DNA of 13,253 nt from Promethearchaeota archaeon Loki_b32 (lineage in GTDB: Archaea > Asgardarchaeota > Lokiarchaeia > Sigyniarchaeales > SOKP01). The position numbers and the translations under genes are program-made. Positions 7,205 to 13,253 of the stretch are shown one piece after another; the stretch's first letter is position 1; each line of letters opens with the position of its first letter. The notes under the pieces were generated by a model. The model ran no database searches, was not told where the DNA came from, and saw nothing but the letters and a program-made list of their open reading frames with translations. The stretch spans positions 1 through 13,253 of the forward strand of contig NJBH01000059.1 of the NCBI GenBank assembly GCA_005223125.1. The letters are read 5' to 3'.

Positions 7205-8203
7205 CTATTCACCTCCACCTTCTTCTGGTACCGCACAAGATGCGGGACCTTGTTTTAATTTCTTACTTATAGCTTCTACGGGACAAATGTTTATACAATT
7301 TTGACAAGACTTACAATGGAAGTTATCAATACCTGACATATGCCATAATCCATCTTCGCCTTTTTCCCTAAGTATAGCAAAATCTGGGCAGATATACCAG
7401 CATTGAGCACAATCAGTACACTTTTCTTTATCCCATATAATTTCCCATTCTCCCCATGATCCCGTCATTACTTGCGAACTTCCATATGGAATTACATCTT
7501 CATCACAATACCATACTCCAGCTTTATCTAATTCTTTATATCCTGGTAATCCTGGTTTTACTTGTTGCCATGGTACTTTTGTATCTAAAGAAAAATCAAT
7601 TTCAATTCCAATATCATAAACACATGTATCTTCAATTGCCTGTTTTATAGCTTGAATATTTTTTCCCGCAATTGCGCCTTTAAATCTTCTCATAATGGCA
7701 TCAGATAGCTCGTCTACTGTAAATAGATGAGAAACTCGAATTAATGCCCCTAGAATTATAGTATTTGTAATATTTCTTCCCAAAACATCTAAAGCAATTC
7801 TTGTAGCATCTATTGTAGCTATATTAATATCTTTTCTCCCTACAATGTCTTGCAAAGAAACTTGATCCATAACAGTATTTACAATTAACCAACCACCTTT
7901 AGGCATACCAGCTGCTACATTAATCTCTCCTAATAATGACGGATCTAATACAGATACAAAATGAGGACCATACACTTGTTCATTAGATCTTACTAAATCT
8001 TCATTTGAAGAAAGTCTGACATAACTTTCTGTTGGAGAACCCATTCTTTCAGCACCAAAAAGAGGCTGACAGACACCATAACCGTAAAAAGCTTCAACAC
8101 ATAAGTTTGAAGCTGTAACACCGCCCTGTCCTCCGCGTGCGTGAAATCTAAGGTTGACTACATTATTTTTTAAAACTTCTTTAATTTGTTCAGGAGTTAA
8201 CAT
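7205..8203 (-). CDS. 2-oxoacid:ferredoxin oxidoreductase gamma-delta fusion subunit (gamma domain plus 2x[4Fe-4S] ferredoxin domain)
   Basis: Gamma motifs RFHARGGQGGVTA, FGAERMGSP and NTIILGAL. C-terminal delta motifs TGSW, CTDCAQCWYICP and CKSCQNCINICP. Confidence 0.94.
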   Translation of the reverse strand: MLTPEQIKEVLKNNVVNLRFHARGGQGGVTASNLCVEAFYGYGVCQPLFGAERMGSPTESYVRLSSNEDLVRSNEQVYGPHFVSVLDPSLLGEINVAAGMPKGGWLIVNTVMDQVSLQDIVGRKDINIATIDATRIALDVLGRNITNTIILGALIRVSHLFTVDELSDAIMRRFKGAIAGKNIQAIKQAIEDTCVYDIGIEIDFSLDTKVPWQQVKPGLPGYKELDKAGVWYCDEDVIPYGSSQVMTGSWGEWEIIWDKEKCTDCAQCWYICPDFAILREKGEDGLWHMSGIDNFHCKSCQNCINICPVEAISKKLKQGPASCAVPEEGGGE

Positions 8204-8227
8204 TTTGTATGACTTTTTGGTTATTTT

Positions 8228-8235
8228 CTATATAA
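8228..8235 (-). promoter_or_regulatory. Putative TATA box (TTATATAG) for the oxidoreductase operon
   Basis: Lies 25-32 nt upstream of ATG 8203, which has no evident SD, consistent with a leaderless first gene. Confidence 0.4.
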
Positions 8236-8346
8236 TCAATTTCATTAAAATAAATCTTAGGATAAGAATTAAGTTATGTTTAATCTTTCTTAAAACTTTC
8301 CTTGATTTAATTTATAAAAAATAGCTGAAATTATATAATATAAATT

Positions 8347-9908
8347 TTACAAATTCTCTTGTTCATTTTCTAATTTAGTTACAAGATCTACACATAAAAG
8401 AAGAATATTTTTTATACCTTCTTTTGATATTAAGTTCATATTATCCTTTTTCGTGTGTACATATTTCAAACCTGGCTGTGAAGCTAACCAACAAGCTTCA
8501 AAACCTTCCTGAACTATAGGCATATAATCAGACCAAACTCCAGTAGGAGCATAAATATCTTTTATTTTGATTTTTAATTCTTCAGCACTTTCTAAAAATA
8601 GTTTATTTAATTTATCCGAAGAAGATTTTCGTGGAATCCCATATGAACTCATTAGTCTGATTAGTTCTGCGCCTCCAATACAATCTAAATTAATGAAAAA
8701 AGTTGAATTTTTATCAAATTTATCTTTATATTTTTGGATAAAATGAATCGCTCCTCCTAAATTTAGCTCCTCTGAGCCAGTACATAGAAAAAGTAAATCA
8801 ATGTTGTTTATTGGATTTTTTTTATAAAATCTTGCGAGTTCCATAATTGTACCCACTGCTGCAGCATTATCAAATGCACCAAGAGATTCATTCCCTGTTT
8901 TGTTAAAATAATTAAAAGCACCGATTATAGCAATAACAATACACGTATCCAATAAAATATTATTTAAAAAGGGCAAATTGAAATCAATGAAAATTTTAAT
9001 GAGGCTTAATATGAAGAATATTAAATAGAGAATCAAAGTACCAAAAATAAAAATAATAAATATCATCATTCGTATTGATGTAGAAAAGGATTGAGATTTT
9101 GAATCCCAATGCCCTATAAAAATAACCTTCGCTTTAGAATTCTGACTTTTCAAATTAACATAAATGTTTTCTGTATCGTGGTTATATATCTCATTTTTAC
9201 ATAATCTAATTTTTGTAGAAACAGATATACTAAGTGCATTAAATGAACCATAAAGTCCAAGAACAAAAACAGCAATTGTTAAGTATGGATTTATATAGAC
9301 TGAAAGTGCTAAGAAAAGTAAAACTGAACCTATTATTAGAAAGATATATCTTGTAAAAATCTAATAAATATCATCATTCGTATTGATGTAGAAAAGGATT
9401 GAGATTTTGAATCCCAATGTCCCATAAAAATAATCTTCGCTTTAGAATTCTGACTTTTCAAATTAACATAAATGTTTTCTGTATCGTGGTTATATATCTC
9501 ATTTTTACATAATCTAATTTTTGTAGAAACAGATATACTAAGCGCTTTAAATGAACCATAAAGTCCAAGAACAAAAACAACAAGTGTTAATAATGGATTT
9601 ATATAGACTGAAAGTGCTAAGAAAAGTAAAACTGATCCTATTATAATAAAGATATATCTTGTAAAAATCCAACTATGAAATGAAGTCCTAAATTCATCTC
9701 GATGGATTGGATTATAGCCTGCTTTTGTGAATTCATCTACTACAATTTCTCTAGCTTTTTTTTCTCCTTCTGATCCTATCAAACGAGGGAAGGCAAGTCT
9801 TTCTGTTATCTGATATGCATTATCCTCATTAAGATTCTTACTCGAAGTGTTTCCATCCATATTTTTGTTTTCTATTTCTTGAACTTTCATGTTTGTTTTT
9901 AAGATCAT
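8347..9908 (-). pseudogene. M28 family zinc metallopeptidase with inserted transmembrane segments, interrupted by a 308-bp tandem duplication
   Basis: ORFs 9336..9908 and 8347..9153 together carry PRLIGSEGE, GHWDS, GAFDNAAAV, GSEELNLGG, INLDCIG, SDY and HTKKD motifs plus hydrophobic helices. Deleting one repeat copy gives one 417-aa ORF. The ATG overlaps the upstream stop (ATGA at 9908-9905). Confidence 0.85.
9054..9669. repeat. Imperfect direct tandem duplication, 2 x 308 bp (9054-9361 and 9362-9669)
   Basis: The copies align without gaps. I counted 12 substitutions by eye (about 96% identity). Confidence 0.96.
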
Positions 9909-10846
9909 ATATTTTTGTTAATTAAGAAATATTTAAACCACTCGATAGGTAAATCTTGCTGAATTTTATCTACAAATTCTTGAACGCTTAAAATTCCATA
10001 TTCAGAAATAAATCCTTTAATATATTTTGAAGGGGTTATATCAAAGTAATAATTATGTATTTTAATCTTTAAACATCTCACCTCTTTATCATATATTTCC
10101 TTTATTGGTTTCTCTTCAATTAAAATTTTCTGGTTATAATGACTTTTTAAATTGTATTTATATGAATCAGTAACAGCATAAACATCAATATTATGTGCAT
10201 TAGCTGTTATAGCTAATGGAAATGTACCAATCTTATTTATTATTGAACCATCCTTTAAGATACTGTCTACTCCTATTAGCACTAAATCAATTTCATCAAT
10301 AAATTTTCCCATGCCAGCATCGACAATAAGATGGGTTTTAAAGAATTGAGACAAAATCTCAGCTGTTTTTCTTCCTTCTAATAATGGTCTAGATTCAAGA
10401 ACATAAATTTCAAGATCAGAATTACTATTTTTCTTTAAAAAATTGATAACTGTAGAGCTGTATGATATGAGCATTATTTTACAATGAGATTTACAATATA
10501 AATTCAAAAAATCTGCAAAGTTCTTCTCTAAAGCTTTATATCTCGCAGTTCTAGCATCTTCGAATTTTGTAATTCTTTCTTTTATCTTGTTCTTACTGAT
10601 AGTTTTTAAATTGTTGAGGATAAATCCAATTGTATTAATAATTGGTGCCATACTTGGACGTGAATTAATAATATCCCTGGCCAAATCTGTTATAGCTTCT
10701 TTAATATCTTCGAATGGATCTTTAACCATTTTCAATTGAAATTTTATTATTTCAAGTGCCTTAGCAATTAATTCATTTGCGCCAGATGAATTATCATTTC
10801 TAAGTTCTATTAGCATTTCTGAAATGTTAGAGTTTTGAATATTCAA
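9905..10846 (-). CDS. eIF-2B alpha/beta/delta family protein (archaeal aIF-2B-like)
   Basis: SSGA, RPSMAPIIN, ISYSSTV, LESRPLLEG, LIGVDSI, INKIGT and YFDITP motifs. The start is uncertain: the ORF track gives TTG 10885, but TTG 10846 follows a GAAGG motif and fits a TATA-like element at about 10900-10893 better. Confidence 0.88.
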   Translation of the reverse strand: MNIQNSNISEMLIELRNDNSSGANELIAKALEIIKFQLKMVKDPFEDIKEAITDLARDIINSRPSMAPIINTIGFILNNLKTISKNKIKERITKFEDARTARYKALEKNFADFLNLYCKSHCKIMLISYSSTVINFLKKNSNSDLEIYVLESRPLLEGRKTAEILSQFFKTHLIVDAGMGKFIDEIDLVLIGVDSILKDGSIINKIGTFPLAITANAHNIDVYAVTDSYKYNLKSHYNQKILIEEKPIKEIYDKEVRCLKIKIHNYYFDITPSKYIKGFISEYGILSVQEFVDKIQQDLPIEWFKYFLINKNI

Positions 10847-11076
10847 ATTGGTTTGCCTTCTTTGACATAAAGAAACTTTTGTCAATATATCTTCTATAAA
10901 TTAATCAAAATTTAAAAATACAGCAATTAATAAAAATTTTTAAATATTCGACAGATTGCTAAGGCAATATAAATAAATAATTAAAATTGAATTCCTTATT
11001 CCATTCTTTTATAGTCTAATTATTTAATTGTTAATCTTAACATTTTTGGTTTTCTATATGAACAATTCAATATTCA

Positions 11077-11098
11077 AAAGTAAAAAATAAAAAAAAAG
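11077..11098 (-). terminator. Oligo-U terminator candidate downstream of the secreted peptidase
   Basis: Long T-tracts on the minus strand about 40-60 nt after the stop at 11135. Confidence 0.45.
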
Positions 11099-11134
11099 GA
11101 ATTAAAATTGTGTTTTAAATAATAAATGTAGATT

Positions 11135-13253
11135 TTAGTTCGCACCCATAGTATAGTAGTTTGCTAGTATGTGGTCTGCATGGTTAGCACAAACTGCGAC
11201 TGACATTCGACCAGACTTGTAAGGAGTGGCTGGTACCATCATAGCACCACTTTGGGTTGCAAAATCAATATCCATCTCCCAAATACCTCCTAATTCAATT
11301 CCGTTGTTTTTCTCTTTAAAGTCAAATACAGTCATATCCAGCCATTGTCCCATAAACCTATGCTGACAGACCAACCATCAGCTGTCCATCCATCTTCTCC
11401 AGCTTCGACATCATCGGAGAACCCTAATTCCGGAATAGAAATATCATCAACGAACATATTCACCAAGGTAAATGCACCATCTTGCCAGAGTCGGAAGTGA
11501 AGCTCAATAGTATGCCCCGCGAATGGAGATAAATCCATACGTGCATCAACCCAACCATGACTGTTTCCTGTAAAAGCATGCCATCGATTGACTGCATCAT
11601 AATCCTTAGGATTACGACCATCAGGGCAATTAGGGTTTGTCTGTCCTTCTACATCAAAGTCAATAGTGTTGCCATTTAGATCTTCAAGTGTATACCATTC
11701 ATCAGTAGTTAGATCATGGACTTCAACATAGCCATAATCCCAGTTTAGTTCAATATCATAAGCTGTCCAGAAGTTAAGGGTTGCACCTGTTACTGGGATA
11801 TCAAATTCTTGATAAAAACTACGGAACGCCCAGGCTAGGTCACCGGAGTACCATTCATAATTTCCACTATAAGGTGCTATTCCCGCAAAATCTTGACCAT
11901 CCATCCATACTTCAGCTTCTTCTGCACTATTAAACCTGAAATATTGGGCTGTATATGGCAAGGGATCACCGTATACTGCAAATTGCCACCAAGTTTCTTG
12001 GAATGGAGTTTCATAGAATGGGAACATTTGAAGCCAGTCTCCATAGGCATCAATGTATAGTTGATGGTATACATCCATCCAATATTCGAGAGTATGATAA
12101 CGCGAGTCGGGACCTCCAATTTCAAGGGAATAATATCCATATTTACCACCAGCTTTCCTTGTGTCGTCTACCCAGTTTGCTATGGTCCAAGCATCGAAAA
12201 TCTCATCAAAGGTGTCTGAATAACTAAAAGCCGCTAATGTAGCTTCAATACCTTCAATACCATTAAGCTGTTCCTGAACTAAAGCAGATATAAACTCAGC
12301 TCCACCAAAATGATCATATAGATATAGTGCGAATAAATAACTTGCTCCATAGTCTTGAAGTCCGCTTCCCCAGAAAGTAAGGGGAGTATACCAATGTCGT
12401 CTAAGGTAATAATCGATGTGACCATCTGAATGACCATATCCACAGAAATAGCCAGCTAAATCAGCTAATCCTTCATCTACCCAAGATGGCTCATCTGGAT
12501 CCTGGTCAAAATGGATCATATGCTCAAATTCATGAGCAAAAACACCCTCATAAAGATAAGGACGTGATCCATCAGGACCAATACGATTTTGCCAATCATA
12601 GGTATCGATATGGAACATATTTTTATTCGCATCAGAATTCTCACTTGATGAGAAGTAGCCAGCGACATAGTATTCATAATCATAATAATATGTTTGATCT
12701 CGAATGTTATGGATAAGAACCCATACTTTATGTCCATCTTCCTCACTACCTCTTGGAATCAAATTACCGTAAATAGCAGTTTCTACGGGATACATATTAT
12801 TGTCTAATTCATCTAAAAGGTAAGCTAATTGAGCTGTAGAAATCCGATCCTCAGTTCGCCAGGTACCAGAAGGATTTGCAAAAACATATTCATCAGTTGC
12901 AGCATCATAATTGTCAACACCTTCTTTTGCAACAAGAATGATACCATTTTCGCCATCCATGATAACTACAAATGTTTCATCATATCGAGGTTCACCTGGA
13001 GCAAAATTTCCAACAGTAACTACGATTTCTTCACCAACTGTAGCCGGATCACCTATAATTGAAGCTCCAGTAGCAACTGCAGCACCTACTTCGGCAGCAT
13101 ATTTTCGCATAGCAACTTCATCTTCTCCAATCATCTCGGGAGTTGCATCTATATACTCTGGCCCAAGGTCAATGGTCTCATTTTTAGCTGCCATCCCTAA
13201 AATTAACAAACTACCAACATTTAAAAATGCGAAGACTAATAGTAATACAAAAA
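11135..13253 (-). CDS. Secreted zinc metallopeptidase (M30/immune-inhibitor-A-like) with a frameshift near the 3' end; 5' end outside the window
   Basis: FAHEFEHMIH...EPSWVDEGLA (HEXXH plus downstream E), YGASYLF, and an InhA-like C-terminal domain (EWYSG...WTAYDIELNWDYGYVEV...DLSPFAG...VDDISI). The frame stays open upstream of 13209 as hydrophobic FVLLLVFAFLNVGSLLILG (signal-peptide-like). ORF 11135..11374 continues the protein if one base is added near 11337-11340. Confidence 0.85.

Noticed and set aside
7201-7236. ORF-track start of porA at 7236 overlapping the gamma-delta gene
   Set aside because: ATG 7200 has a strong GGAGGTGA SD and avoids the overlap.
9054-9669. Diversity-generating retroelement TR/VR pair
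   Set aside because: 11 of 12 mismatches involve a minus-strand A, but the A is in one copy 6 times and in the other 5 times, so it is not the one-directional adenine pattern of a DGR. No reverse transcriptase is in the window and the target is not a CLec/Ig-like C-terminus.
10955-10968. ATTGC-N4-GCAAT palindrome in the intergenic region
   Set aside because: The arms are only 5 bp, which is expected by chance.
11332-11334. Selenocysteine or other readthrough at the peptidase TGA
   Set aside because: Readthrough adds only about a dozen residues before a TAG, and the homologous-looking continuation is in another frame.
644-13062. Short ORFs 644..844, 2833..3027, 6077..6286, 6335..6520, 7456..7650, 11877..12149, 11955..12227, 12486..12716, 12516..12746 and 12829..13062
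   Set aside because: All overlap confidently assigned genes in other frames or strands and show no family motifs.
1-13253. CRISPR array, tRNA/rRNA, transposase or integrase
   Set aside because: I saw no regularly spaced repeats, no GC-rich structured RNA-like segments and no mobile-element ORFs. Intergenic gaps are short and very AT-rich.

Overview
AT-rich archaeal-looking window, probably Asgard/Lokiarchaeia-like (inferred from gene types and composition, not proven). Genes in order: 5' part of an ABC ATPase (-), Asp/Glu racemase family (+), alpha/beta hydrolase (+), a doubly frameshifted DUF2961/GH172 gene (-), a YjbQ gene missed by the ORF track that lacks a canonical start codon (-), an enoyl-CoA hydratase (-), a three-gene 2-oxoacid:ferredoxin oxidoreductase operon (gamma-delta fusion, alpha, beta; -), a membrane M28 peptidase split by a 308-bp imperfect tandem duplication (-), an eIF-2B alpha/beta/delta-family gene (-), and a large secreted HEXXH metallopeptidase with a frameshift near its 3' end (-, running off the window). 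The standout observation is that the oxidoreductase beta subunit is circularly permuted. Its usual C-terminal half comes first, and the new termini fall inside the GDG...DN thiamine-diphosphate-binding motif, while all four Fe-S cysteines are retained. Several frameshifts and the duplication may be sequencing or assembly artefacts.
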